Shown in pieces: positions 8,456 through 17,192 of a DNA stretch of 64,000 nucleotides. Within the stretch, counting starts at the first letter, position 1. Each line of letters starts with the position of its first letter. A program made the position numbers and the translations under genes. The notes beneath the pieces were generated by a model. That model was not told the DNA's origin, made no database searches, and was given only the letters and a program-made list of their open reading frames with translations. Source of the stretch: Elusimicrobia bacterium HGW-Elusimicrobia-3 (GTDB lineage: Bacteria > Elusimicrobiota > Elusimicrobia > Elusimicrobiales > UBA9959). The DNA is taken from the NCBI GenBank assembly GCA_002840355.1, contig PHAL01000012.1:23898-87897 (forward strand). Reading direction: 5' to 3'.

Positions 8456-9529
8456 TTATTTCTTTCCCTTCTGCCCTTTCTGCGGCTTGCGCGGCTCGTA
8501 GGGTTTGGTCGGTATGGCGTCGCCCAGGATGTCGGTCTTCACCTTGGGCGCCTGCCAGCCGGGCTGCAGGTTGGTGTGGTCCGGCCTGCGGCCGAGTTCT
8601 ATGAGGCCCATCTTGGCGGCCACGCGGCGCAGGCGCAGCAGGGCGCGCTCTTCTATCTGACGCACGCGCTCGCGGCTGAGGCCGAGCTTCTTGCCGATGT
8701 CGTTGAGGGTCATCGGGGTCTGGCCGGTGAGGCCGTAGCGGTATTCCACTATCATGCGCTCGCGCTCGCCTATCTCCACCAGCGCCTCTCTGAGTTCGTC
8801 GTGCAGGCGCAGGATGGAGATCAGGTTGTCGGGCGTGGAAGAGGCGGAGTCCTTGAGCGTGTCGCCCACGGTGTCGTCCATGCCGTCGCCGGAGCTCAGC
8901 GGCGTCTCTATGGATCTCAGGCCGGTGACGATCTCGCTGGCGTTGAGGGCGGTGCGCACCTGGTTGGCGTTCCAGTGCATGTGCTTGGCCATCTCGGCCA
9001 TCGTCGGATCGCGGCCCAGCTTGCCGTGCATGGCGTCCCACTGCTTGAGCCATTTGCGCAGCGCGGTCCACGCGTGCGGAGGGATGCGGATGGTCTTGGA
9101 ATTCTCTTCCACCGAGCGGCGCACGTACTGCTCCACCCAGTAGGAGGCGTAGGTGGAGAAGCGGTAGCCCTTGCTGGGCTCGAACTTGTCGATGGCGTGC
9201 AGCAGGCCCAGGTTGCCCTCTTCCACCAGGTCCATCAGGTCGGCGCCCTGGTAGAGGAAGCGCTTGGCGATCGGGATGACCAGCTTGAGGTTGAGCTCCA
9301 TGATGCGCTCTTTGGCGCGGCGGTCGCCGCGCTTCACGCGCTTCCACAGCTCGTGGCTTTCCTCGCGCGAGATCTTGTGGTCGATCTGGCTGATCTTGCG
9401 GATGTACTGGTTGGTAGAGTCGATGTTTATCTCGCTCAGCTTTCCCGCGGGCTTCGCGGAGGCGGCCGCTTCTTTGGGCGCCTCCTCGGAGGTCTCTTCC
9501 CTTTCATGTTCGTCTTTTTCTTCAGCCAT
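8456..9529 (-). CDS. RNA polymerase sigma70 factor, RpoD/RpoS-like (group 2)
   Basis: NLKLVIPIAK, DLVEEGNLGL, GYRFSTYASYW, LSRERVRQIE. Confidence 0.93.
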   Translation of the reverse strand: MAEEKDEHEREETSEEAPKEAAASAKPAGKLSEINIDSTNQYIRKISQIDHKISREESHELWKRVKRGDRRAKERIMELNLKLVIPIAKRFLYQGADLMDLVEEGNLGLLHAIDKFEPSKGYRFSTYASYWVEQYVRRSVEENSKTIRIPPHAWTALRKWLKQWDAMHGKLGRDPTMAEMAKHMHWNANQVRTALNASEIVTGLRSIETPLSSGDGMDDTVGDTLKDSASSTPDNLISILRLHDELREALVEIGERERMIVEYRYGLTGQTPMTLNDIGKKLGLSRERVRQIEERALLRLRRVAAKMGLIELGRRPDHTNLQPGWQAPKVKTDILGDAIPTKPYEPRKPQKGQKGKK

Positions 9530-9539
9530 GTGCCCTCTT

Positions 9540-9818
9540 TTAAACCGTAGGTTTGATGTGAAAATCTTTATCCGCCGTTTCCTGGTCCAGCATCTCCTGC
9601 GTCTCGGTGCGCTCCACGCGCGCCCAGGGGTGCCCGGTCTTGATGTCTTTAAGGAAGCCGTCCAGCTCCGGCACGCCGCCCTGCGCCTCCCCCTCCACCG
9701 CGCCGTCGGCGGTGTTGCGCACCCAGCCCGTGACGCCGCAGCGGGCCGCCGCTTCTTTGACGAACCAGCGGTAGCCCACGCCCTGCACGCTGCCGAAAAT
9801 CCTGAAGGTTAGACGCAT
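9540..9818 (-). CDS. acyP: Acylphosphatase
   Basis: [14 protein letters not shown]. Confidence 0.93.
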   Translation of the reverse strand: MRLTFRIFGSVQGVGYRWFVKEAAARCGVTGWVRNTADGAVEGEAQGGVPELDGFLKDIKTGHPWARVERTETQEMLDQETADKDFHIKPTV

Positions 9819-9935
9819 AATTATAGAACAAGTAAATAATACTAAAAGGCAAGGGTATTGACAAGGCAACCGCCCGGCAAAAAAAGAGGCCCGCCACGCG
9901 GGCGGACCGTCTTTTCTGCGGCTGCTTAAAAAGGA

Positions 9936-10009
9936 TCGGGGCGGTGAGATTTGAACTCACGGTCTCTCGCACCCGAAGCGAGCGCTCTAGCCAGCTGAGC
10001 CACGCCCCG
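9936..10009 (-). tRNA. tRNA-Pro(CGG)
   Basis: CGGGGCG acceptor, CTCGC-TTCGGGT-GCGAG anticodon arm, GTTCAAATC; no CCA. Confidence 0.93.
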
Positions 10010-10061
10010 ATAAAACAAAGCTCCGGGTTTTCCTACGTGGATATGATACTAAAAAGGGCCC

Positions 10062-11204
10062 TCAAAGTCCACCGTTGCCGCCGGTGAGCGCCGTGATCAC
10101 CGCGCCGGCGATGTCGCGCGCGGCGTGCGGGCGGGCGTGCTCGGCCAGGGCCCGCGAGGCCCGCGCCAGCAGGTGCGGGCTGTGCAGGTATTTGCGCACC
10201 AGCGGCTCCAGCTCCCCGGGCGAGCCGGCCGCCTCCGCGAGCCGGTGCCGGCAGAGGAAGGCCGTGTTGCGCGCCTCCTGCCCGGGCAGCGGCGCGTAGA
10301 TGATGAACGGGCGGGACATGGCCATGGTCTCGGCCAGCGTCACGCCGCCGGGCTTGCCGATCACCAGGTCGGCGGCGCGGTAGTAGTCGGCCGGCGAGTC
10401 GGTGAAATTCACAAAGCGCACGCCCCTGAGCTGCGCCGCGGCCCGCTCGGCCTGGCGCGAGAGGCGGCGGTTGTTGCCGCAGAGCACGGCCACCTGCACG
10501 CGGCCGAGCAGCGGCTTGAGGGCCAGCGCCGCCTGCAGCAGGTCGCCCAGGCCGCGGCTGCCGCCGGTAAGCAGTACGGTGAAATGGCCGGGCAGCAGGC
10601 CGAGCGCCCGGCGCGCGGCGGCCTTGTCGGGCTGCTCGCCGGTGAATTCCTTGCGCACCGGGATGCCGGTGAGGTGTATGCGCTCGTGCGGCGCGCCCTT
10701 GGCCCTGAGTTCGGCGGCGGCCCCCCTCTCGGGCACGAAATAGGCGCTGACGCCTTTTGGCGGCCAGTAGGTGTGCGCGCAGAAATCGGTGAGCACGGAG
10801 AAGAGCGGCATTTTGGCCAGGCGGCGGTTCTTGGTGATGAGCAGCGAGGACAGGGCCTGCGTGGAGATGGCGGCCTTCACTCCTTTTTTGATCAGCAGGC
10901 TGGCCAGCTTCTGCGAAGAGAAGGGCAGCACGGTCTCGCGCAGCGCGCTGGCCGCGAAGGCCACGAAGTCGTTGTCGTAGACGTAGTTCCACAGCGCCGG
11001 CGTCTTGTGCAGCACCTGCAGGTAGGTCCTGGCCACGAAGGGGCCGAAGTCGGGGTAGACTTCGGACAGGTCTATGAAGACGGGTTCGATGATGCTGGGC
11101 GGCAGGAACTCGGCGATGGCGCGCGCGGCGGCGTGATGGCCCGAGGGCCTGGCGCCGTAGATGAGCGCGACTTTTAAAGGATAGCTCTGCCCCGCCGTTT
11201 CCAT
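10062..11204 (-). CDS. MGDG synthase/UgtP-like glycosyltransferase (GT28)
   Basis: GHHAAA, LTDF, TGIPVR, GGSRG, KPGGVT, PGQEARN. Confidence 0.88.
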   Translation of the reverse strand: METAGQSYPLKVALIYGARPSGHHAAARAIAEFLPPSIIEPVFIDLSEVYPDFGPFVARTYLQVLHKTPALWNYVYDNDFVAFAASALRETVLPFSSQKLASLLIKKGVKAAISTQALSSLLITKNRRLAKMPLFSVLTDFCAHTYWPPKGVSAYFVPERGAAAELRAKGAPHERIHLTGIPVRKEFTGEQPDKAAARRALGLLPGHFTVLLTGGSRGLGDLLQAALALKPLLGRVQVAVLCGNNRRLSRQAERAAAQLRGVRFVNFTDSPADYYRAADLVIGKPGGVTLAETMAMSRPFIIYAPLPGQEARNTAFLCRHRLAEAAGSPGELEPLVRKYLHSPHLLARASRALAEHARPHAARDIAGAVITALTGGNGGL

Positions 11205-11319
11205 ATGCTGATTATAGCAATCCGCGGGCGGCCGCGCTTAAACAGACGGTCCCGGGGCCCGAAGGCACCGGGACCGCTTCTCTCTGTCACTGCTTTATCC
11301 CGCCCCGAAGGGCGGAAAG

Positions 11320-11931
11320 CTATTGCAGCTGTTCCCCCACCTTGCCCACCAGCTTCTCCGAGGGCTTGAGCGTCTTTTCGCCGGGCTTCCATTTGGCGGG
11401 GCAGACCTCGGCGGGGTTGGCGTAGGTGTGCGCGAAGGCGCGCAGCTTGCGCACCAGCTCGGCCATGTCGCGGCCAACGTTGTTGAGGTTCACCTCGGCG
11501 CCGGCCAGCACGCCGTCGGGGTTGATGACGAAGGTGCCGCGGTAGGCGAGGCCGCTCTTGTAGTCGTAGGCGCCGAGCGCCTGCGCCAGGCGGCCGCGGG
11601 CGTCGGCGGCCATGGGGAATTTAACTTCCTTGAGCAGGCGCTCCTGGCCCTGCCAGCCCATGTGGGTGAACTTGGTGTCGGTGCTGACCGAAAGCACCTC
11701 GGCGCCGAGCTTTTCCAGCTCGCAATGGTGCGCGGCCAGGTCGGCCAGCTCGGTGGGGCAGACGAAGGTGAAGTCCGCGGGGTAGAACACCAGCACGGTC
11801 CAGCGGCCCTTCTTGAGGGCGTCGGCCAGGCTGAACTTGCCGAACTTGCAGGCGGCCGGATCGAAAGTCTCCAGCTCGAAAGGGGCCACTTTCTCCCCGA
11901 CGGTGATCACTTGCGCTTTTTCTTCTGACAT
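11320..11931 (-). CDS. ahpC: 2-Cys peroxiredoxin
   Basis: FYPADFTFVCPTE and EVCPAKW; GGAG RBS before MSEEK. Confidence 0.93.
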   Translation of the reverse strand: MSEEKAQVITVGEKVAPFELETFDPAACKFGKFSLADALKKGRWTVLVFYPADFTFVCPTELADLAAHHCELEKLGAEVLSVSTDTKFTHMGWQGQERLLKEVKFPMAADARGRLAQALGAYDYKSGLAYRGTFVINPDGVLAGAEVNLNNVGRDMAELVRKLRAFAHTYANPAEVCPAKWKPGEKTLKPSEKLVGKVGEQLQ

Positions 11932-12353
11932 AATGTCTTCTCCTTGGCGCCGGCCTTTTTGCCGCAGGCCGGGCATATCCCGTAAAATTCCACGTTGCAG
12001 CGCAGCACCTTGAAGCCGCGCGGCGCGCCGGCCGCGGCCGGCGGGCTGGTGACGGCGAGGTCCGAGATGGCCCCGCACTCCACGCACATCAGGTGGGCGT
12101 GGCCGTCCGTGCAGGGGTCGAAGCGCGAGCGCGAGCGGTCTATGCGCACTTCCGCCAGTTCGCCGATGGCCAGCAGGGACTGCAGGGTGTTGTAGACGGT
12201 GGCGAAGGACACGCCGGGAAACTTCTTTTTAAGGCGGCGGTGCAGCTGCTCGGCCGAGGGGTGGCTCTTGTTCCCCTCCAGGGCGCGCAACAGCTCCGCG
12301 CGCTGCGGGGTCATGCGGAAGGCGGGTGAAGGTCTGGCGGGCGTCTTTTTCAT
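11907..12353 (-). CDS. Fur-family repressor, PerR-like
   Basis: RMTPQR, HPSAE, ATVYNTL, HAHLMCVECG, CPAC; upstream of ahpC. Confidence 0.9.
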   Translation of the reverse strand: MKKTPARPSPAFRMTPQRAELLRALEGNKSHPSAEQLHRRLKKKFPGVSFATVYNTLQSLLAIGELAEVRIDRSRSRFDPCTDGHAHLMCVECGAISDLAVTSPPAAAGAPRGFKVLRCNVEFYGICPACGKKAGAKEKTLCQKKKRK

Positions 12354-12354
12354 G

Positions 12355-12406
12355 TTAGAATCATTCCTGTCTGTAAAGAATACCAGATTAGAACCATTCT
12401 TGTCAA
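12355..12406 (-). promoter_or_regulatory. Promoter TTGACA-N18-TATTCT with two PerR-box-like sites
   Basis: TTAGAATCATTCCTG (12355) and TTAGAACCATTCTTG (12388) resemble TTATAATnATTATAA. Confidence 0.65.
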
Positions 12407-12445
12407 GAGCGCGCGCCTGGTGTATAATATAAGCAAGGAGAACTT

Positions 12446-12649
12446 ATGAAGATCACTCTTAAGATAACCGGGATGACCTGCAACGGCTGCCGCGCCGGCG
12501 CAGAGAACGCCCTGAAACGCGTGCCCGGCGTGCTGTCGGCCGCGGTCAGCCTGGAGCGGGGCGAGGCCGTGGTGGAGTACGACGAAAAAACGGCCGCCCC
12601 CGAAACTCTGAGGGCGGCCGTGGAAAAAGCCGGCTTCAAGGCCGGTTAG
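12446..12649 (+). CDS. Heavy-metal-associated (CopZ-like) chaperone
   Basis: GMTCNGC, AVEKAGF; AAGGAG RBS. Confidence 0.9.
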   Translation: MKITLKITGMTCNGCRAGAENALKRVPGVLSAAVSLERGEAVVEYDEKTAAPETLRAAVEKAGFKAG

Positions 12650-12650
12650 G

Positions 12651-13853
12651 CTACTGCGCGGCGGGATTCTGCATCCTGCCCATGAACAGCACCAGGCCGC
12701 TCTTGGGGTCTTCTATGAAGAACATGAACGGCCGGTCGGCCCTGAACACGGCGAAGTCCATCACCATGGATTTCAGGCCCATCGCCACGCCCGTGGCGGC
12801 AGCGGCCTCCGTCCCCTCCTCGCTCACTTCCACGAAAGCCTTGTGGAAGGCGGTCTGTATGTACAGCCTCTTCCCCTTTTCCATCCCGGAGAAATCGGCC
12901 TTGTCGGTGAACGCCTCGGGCATGCCCAGGCCGGCCAGCGCGCCGTTTAGCTTGTAGCCGGAGCTGAACTTGAAGCGCGGCAGGAACACCTTTACCTTCT
13001 GGTTGAAGAGCCCCTTGCGGATCTCTTCCAGCTTCTCGGGAGAGAAGCTCCGCTCCAGGTCGGCGAGGGTGCGGCCTTCCTTGGGCAGCAGCACCAGCAT
13101 GGAGAGTCCGCCGCCGGCGTAGGGCAGGCGCACGGCCTGCAGCTCTCCGGTTTCGCCGTATTCGGCCTCGCGCGTGCCGGGGGCCGCCATCATGTGCACA
13201 CGGGTTTTGGTGCCGCCGTCCAGCGTAAAATCGGCCTCGGAGGTCATCTCCTTCTTGAACGGCGCCTTCCAGCGGCCCTTGAAGTAGACGGCGTTCACGA
13301 GCACCAGCCGGGTGAGCTGGTCCAGCGAGCCCTGCGGAAAGAGCTCGCGGATCTTGCCCCGGGTCTTGTTCTCGGTCCAGGCGTTGATGCCGCGGCGCGC
13401 CGCTTCGGTCTTGCCCAGGAAGTCGGCCTGCATGGCGTCGGCGCCGTAGGCGGAGCGCAGGGTCTTGAGGTAGGCGGGCAGGAACTTGAAGTCTTTCTGC
13501 GCCCAGAAAGAGTTGGCCTGCACGAACTCGGCGTCCTTGGCGGCGCGCTCCAGGTCCTTCTTGATGGCGCCGAGCCCGGCGCGCAGGTCCTTGGTCTTGG
13601 CCGGGAAGGAGAACACCGAGGCGATCTCTTTGGCGGTGCTGCCCGCGGCGCCCTCGTAGGCCATGGCGAAGGCCGTGTACATGCTGTAGGGCGAGAAGAA
13701 GACATTGCCCGGCTTCTGGGCCTCGGCGGCGTAGAATTTAAAGGCTATCCCGTTGGCGCGGGCCACGGCGTCGTCGGCGGGCTTCTTTCCCGCGGCGCCG
13801 CACAGACCGGCGGCCAGCGGCAGCAGCGCTGAGATGATGGCGATCTTTTTCAT
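12651..13853 (-). CDS. Exported serpin
   Basis: NVFFSPYS, LVNAVYFKGRW, EEGTEAAAAT, DRPFMF. Confidence 0.95.
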   Translation of the reverse strand: MKKIAIISALLPLAAGLCGAAGKKPADDAVARANGIAFKFYAAEAQKPGNVFFSPYSMYTAFAMAYEGAAGSTAKEIASVFSFPAKTKDLRAGLGAIKKDLERAAKDAEFVQANSFWAQKDFKFLPAYLKTLRSAYGADAMQADFLGKTEAARRGINAWTENKTRGKIRELFPQGSLDQLTRLVLVNAVYFKGRWKAPFKKEMTSEADFTLDGGTKTRVHMMAAPGTREAEYGETGELQAVRLPYAGGGLSMLVLLPKEGRTLADLERSFSPEKLEEIRKGLFNQKVKVFLPRFKFSSGYKLNGALAGLGMPEAFTDKADFSGMEKGKRLYIQTAFHKAFVEVSEEGTEAAAATGVAMGLKSMVMDFAVFRADRPFMFFIEDPKSGLVLFMGRMQNPAAQ

Positions 13854-13895
13854 TATAAGTCTCCTTACCCTGGGATCAACACGGATATTCTACAA

Positions 13896-13924
13896 CAAAA
13901 AAACCAGCCTCACGGGGCTGGCTT
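13896..13924 (-). terminator. Intrinsic terminator after tRNA-Pro(GGG)
   Basis: CCAGCCTC/GGGGCTGG stem plus minus-strand U tract. Confidence 0.55.
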
Positions 13925-13949
13925 CGCTGCGGGCGTTTGACGGACCTCA

Positions 13950-14021
13950 TCGGGGCGCCGGGAATTGAACCCGGAGTCTCTCGCACCCCAAGCGAGCGCT
14001 CTACCATTGAGCCACGCCCCG
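13950..14021 (-). tRNA. tRNA-Pro(GGG)
   Basis: CTCGC-TTGGGGT-GCGAG anticodon arm, GGTTCAATTCC; no CCA. Confidence 0.93.
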
Positions 14022-14101
14022 GTGGGGTCCGTCAAACCAAAGCAACGCATTTATTATACCAAAAAGTGGGAACGACGGGGAAAACCGCGCGGCGCTCCGG
14101 G

Positions 14102-14440
14102 CTACAGCTCGGCCATCAGCTGGCGCAGTTCTTTCTTTATCTCTTCCAGCAGTTCGTCCTTGGCGTGCGCCGTGGCGGCCATAACCTTGACGGCTTTTTT
14201 CTGGCGCTTCTTGGCGGCCAGCGCCTTGCGCGCCCCGTCGAGGGAATAGCCTTTTATGAAGACCAGGTCCTTGATCTGCCGCAGCGTGTCCACGTCGGCG
14301 CGCGTGTAGCGGCGGTGCCCGCTGGACAGGCGCAGCGGCCGGAGCAGGCGGAATTTAGCCTCCCAGTAGCGTATGGTGTATTCCGGCAGGTCGGCCAGAC
14401 GGGACACCTCGCGCATGGTCAGGTAAGTCTTTTCGGACAT
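14102..14440 (-). CDS. MerR-family HTH regulator
   Basis: TIRYWE, SGHRRY; conventional position after an IHF/HU gene. Confidence 0.9.
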   Translation of the reverse strand: MSEKTYLTMREVSRLADLPEYTIRYWEAKFRLLRPLRLSSGHRRYTRADVDTLRQIKDLVFIKGYSLDGARKALAAKKRQKKAVKVMAATAHAKDELLEEIKKELRQLMAEL

Positions 14441-14706
14441 TACATCCCGATCGTCAGCTTCTTGGACGGCTTGAAGCGGATGCTCTTGCGCGGCCCCACC
14501 ATCACGCGAGCGTTGGTCTTGGGGTTGCGCATCTGGCGCGGCATGCGCTCCTTAACTTTGAAAGTGCCGAAGTTGGAGATCACTACCTTGCGGTTGTCGC
14601 GCAGGGCTTCGCCCATGATCTCGAAGGTCTTGCAGACCGCCAGCTTGGCGTCGCGCTCGGTGGTCAAATGCTTGGTCAGTTCCCTTATCAGGTCAAGTCT
14701 GTTCAT
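14440..14706 (-). CDS. HU/IHF-family DNA-binding protein
   Basis: ISNFGTF, RNPKT, FKPSKKL. Confidence 0.92.
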   Translation of the reverse strand: MNRLDLIRELTKHLTTERDAKLAVCKTFEIMGEALRDNRKVVISNFGTFKVKERMPRQMRNPKTNARVMVGPRKSIRFKPSKKLTIGM

Positions 14707-15280
14707 CGTCCTCTTCCCCCTCTTCCTCGCCCTCGTCTTCTTCGTCCTGTTCTTTAGGGCCCCCGCCCTGCAGCCCGTCGCCGAGGAGCTGGCCGATGAT
14801 GTCGTTGGGCTTGAGGTGCTTGAGGTCGTGCTTGAACTTGGTGACCTCGTCCTCGGTGATGGGCTTGCTCAGGACCTGCGTCTTGCCGAAAACTTTCTCG
14901 TTGATGTACACCGGGCAGCCGAAGCGCACCGCCAGCGCCACCGCGTCGGAGGGCCGCGCGTCGATCAGGCGCAGGCCGCCGCCGTCCGGGTCGGTGAGGT
15001 GGAGGCTGGAATAATAGGTGTTCTCCACGATATCCGTGATCACCACTTTCTTCACCGTCAGTCCCAGCGTCTTGATGACGGAGAAGAGGAGGTCGTGAGT
15101 CATGGGCCGCGGCGACGGGTAGCCCGAGAGGCGGATGGCGATGGCCTGGGCTTCCATCGGGCCTATCCAGATGGGCAGGATGCGGCTGCCCTCGGTCTCG
15201 TCGAGGAAGATGATCGATTCGGTCATGCTCGTGGCGATCGAATAGATGCGCACTTCCACGTCTTTGGGTTCTTGTGTCAT
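14693..15280 (-). CDS. Bifunctional nuclease family (DUF151) protein
   Basis: LPIWIG, RPMTHDL, DARPSDAVALA. Confidence 0.92.
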   Translation of the reverse strand: MTQEPKDVEVRIYSIATSMTESIIFLDETEGSRILPIWIGPMEAQAIAIRLSGYPSPRPMTHDLLFSVIKTLGLTVKKVVITDIVENTYYSSLHLTDPDGGGLRLIDARPSDAVALAVRFGCPVYINEKVFGKTQVLSKPITEDEVTKFKHDLKHLKPNDIIGQLLGDGLQGGGPKEQDEEDEGEEEGEEDDEQT

Positions 15281-15885
15281 TAGTTTTTCCCGGCGCCTTC
15301 CCGCTTGTGTTTGAAAGAGAGCTCGGCGCCTTTTAGGATGCGCCGGATGTTGGCGATATGGGTGTAGAAGATCAGCACGCAGACCGTGAGCGCCAGCAGC
15401 GTGAAGGGGCGCTGGTAATCCTTGGCCAGCGCGAAGCAGAGCACCGGCAGCGCCACCGAGGCGGCCATGGAGCCCACCGAGATGTGGCTGGTGATGCCCA
15501 CCGCTATGGCGAACACCACGAAGGCGCCGGCGGTAGGCAGCGGCAGCAGCGCCATGAAGACTCCGGCCGCGGTGGCCACGCCCTTGCCTCCGTGGAAGCG
15601 CAGAAAAGGGGTCCAGATATGGCCGGCTATGGCCAGCGCGCCGGCGGGGACGAAGAAATACTGCGCCGCTATCAGCGTGGGGATGAAACCTTTGAGGAAG
15701 TCCGCGAAGAAAGTAAGAAGGCCGGGCACCTTGCCCAGCGTGCGGTAGACGTTGGCCGTGCCGGGGTTGCCGGAGCCGTGCTGGCGGATGTCTATGCCTT
15801 TGAGGCGGCCGATGATATAGCCGGTAGGGATGCCGCCTAGGATATAGCTCGCGATGAAAAGCAGGCCTATTTGGATGTGATTCAT
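15280..15885 (-). CDS. plsY: Glycerol-3-phosphate acyltransferase
   Basis: DIRQHGSGNPGTANV, GGKGVAT, HIANIRR. Confidence 0.93.
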   Translation of the reverse strand: MNHIQIGLLFIASYILGGIPTGYIIGRLKGIDIRQHGSGNPGTANVYRTLGKVPGLLTFFADFLKGFIPTLIAAQYFFVPAGALAIAGHIWTPFLRFHGGKGVATAAGVFMALLPLPTAGAFVVFAIAVGITSHISVGSMAASVALPVLCFALAKDYQRPFTLLALTVCVLIFYTHIANIRRILKGAELSFKHKREGAGKN

Positions 15886-15935
15886 TATAAAAAGATTATA
15901 TAAAACCGAGGGGTTTTAGGATAGCGGCGGCGGGG

Positions 15936-17192
15936 CTAGTCGCCGCCCGCGGCCGCCTTCTTGCGCAGCCGGGCGTAGTTCTCCGGGGTGGCCTTGAACT
16001 TGAGCGCCACCCCCTCCTGGCCGTAATCCGCGGCTTTTACGAGGCAGGAGGAGTAGATCTCCTTGATCAGGCCTTTGGAGCCGACGGGGACGGTAAGTTC
16101 GTACTCGCCCCAGCGCGCGGCCAGGGCCCGCTCGCAGGCGGCCAGCAGTTTGTCCACCCCCTGCCCGGTGAGGGCCGAGATGAAAAGGGGCCGCAGGCGC
16201 TCCGGGGCCCAGGCCGAGACGGCCGGGTTCTTGACCGCGTCGGCCTTGTTGAAAACGTGGATCACGGGGATGTCCTTGATGCCCAGCTCCTCGAGCGTGG
16301 CCTTCACGGCGTCGTGCTGCTGGCGCGCCTCTGGCGAGCTCAGGTCGTGCACGTGCAGGATGAGGTCGCTGTAGCGGATCTCCTCGAGCGTGGCGCGGAA
16401 AGCGGCTATGAGGTCGTGCGGCAGCTTCTGGATGAAGCCCACCGTGTCGGTGAACAGCGCCCAGCCTCCGGCCGGCAGGCGCACGCGCTTGGTGGTGGGG
16501 TCCAGCGTGGCGAACAGCTTGTCGTCGGCGTAGACCGCGCCGGGCTTGGCGGTGAGGCAGTTGAGCAGCGTGCTCTTGCCGGCGTTGGTGTAGCCCACCA
16601 CCGAGATCTGGGGCATGGGCACCGAGTCGCGCCGGGCGCGCTGGGTCTGGCGTTCGCGGCGGATGGAATCTATCTCTCGCTCCAGCTCGGTGATCTTCAC
16701 GCGCAGCTCGCGCTTGTCGTACTCCATCTTTTTCTCGCCGGAGCCGCGGCCGCCTATCATGCCGCGCTGCTGGTCCATGCTGCCGCCCTTGCCGCCCAGG
16801 CGCGACAGCGCGTAGTTGAAGCCGGCCAGCCGCGCCTGCAGCTTGCCCTCTCGCGTGCGGGCGCGCATGGCGAAAATGTCTATGATGAGCCGCGGCCGGT
16901 CGGCCACCTTCACGCCCAGGGCCTTCTCCAGGTTGCGGCCCTGGCCGGGGGTCAGCTCCTCGTCGAAGATCACCGCGCCGGCACCGAGCTCTTGTGCCAG
17001 GGCTTTGAGCTCCTCCACCTTGCCCGAGCCCACCAGCGTGGCCGGGTTCCAGGCCTGCAGGCGCACCAGGATCTTCCGCACCGGCTCAAGGCCGGCGGTC
17101 TCGGCCAGGCGCCAAAGTTCGTCGAGGGAGGTGCCGCCGGAGGGGCCAGGGCGGCCGTGCTTCAGTTCGGCCCCTATCAGTATGGTCTTCAT
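15936..17192 (-). CDS. hflX: GTPase HflX
   Basis: GYTNAGKSTL, LFATLDPT, DTVGFI, NKAD. Confidence 0.96.
   Translation of the reverse strand: MKTILIGAELKHGRPGPSGGTSLDELWRLAETAGLEPVRKILVRLQAWNPATLVGSGKVEELKALAQELGAGAVIFDEELTPGQGRNLEKALGVKVADRPRLIIDIFAMRARTREGKLQARLAGFNYALSRLGGKGGSMDQQRGMIGGRGSGEKKMEYDKRELRVKITELEREIDSIRRERQTQRARRDSVPMPQISVVGYTNAGKSTLLNCLTAKPGAVYADDKLFATLDPTTKRVRLPAGGWALFTDTVGFIQKLPHDLIAAFRATLEEIRYSDLILHVHDLSSPEARQQHDAVKATLEELGIKDIPVIHVFNKADAVKNPAVSAWAPERLRPLFISALTGQGVDKLLAACERALAARWGEYELTVPVGSKGLIKEIYSSCLVKAADYGQEGVALKFKATPENYARLRKKAAAGGD

Noticed and set aside
7905-9347. 480-aa apt fusion ORF
   Set aside because: The N-terminal part is an alternate frame of the sigma gene; apt has its own GGGAG RBS and ATG at 8444.
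11907-12087. Frameshifted PerR-AhpC fusion
   Set aside because: ahpC has its own GGAG RBS and ATG at 11931; this is a simple overlap.
7827-14021. Genomic island at tRNA-Arg or between the two tRNA-Pro genes
   Set aside because: No integrase or att duplication; the two Pro genes are complete tRNAs with different anticodons.
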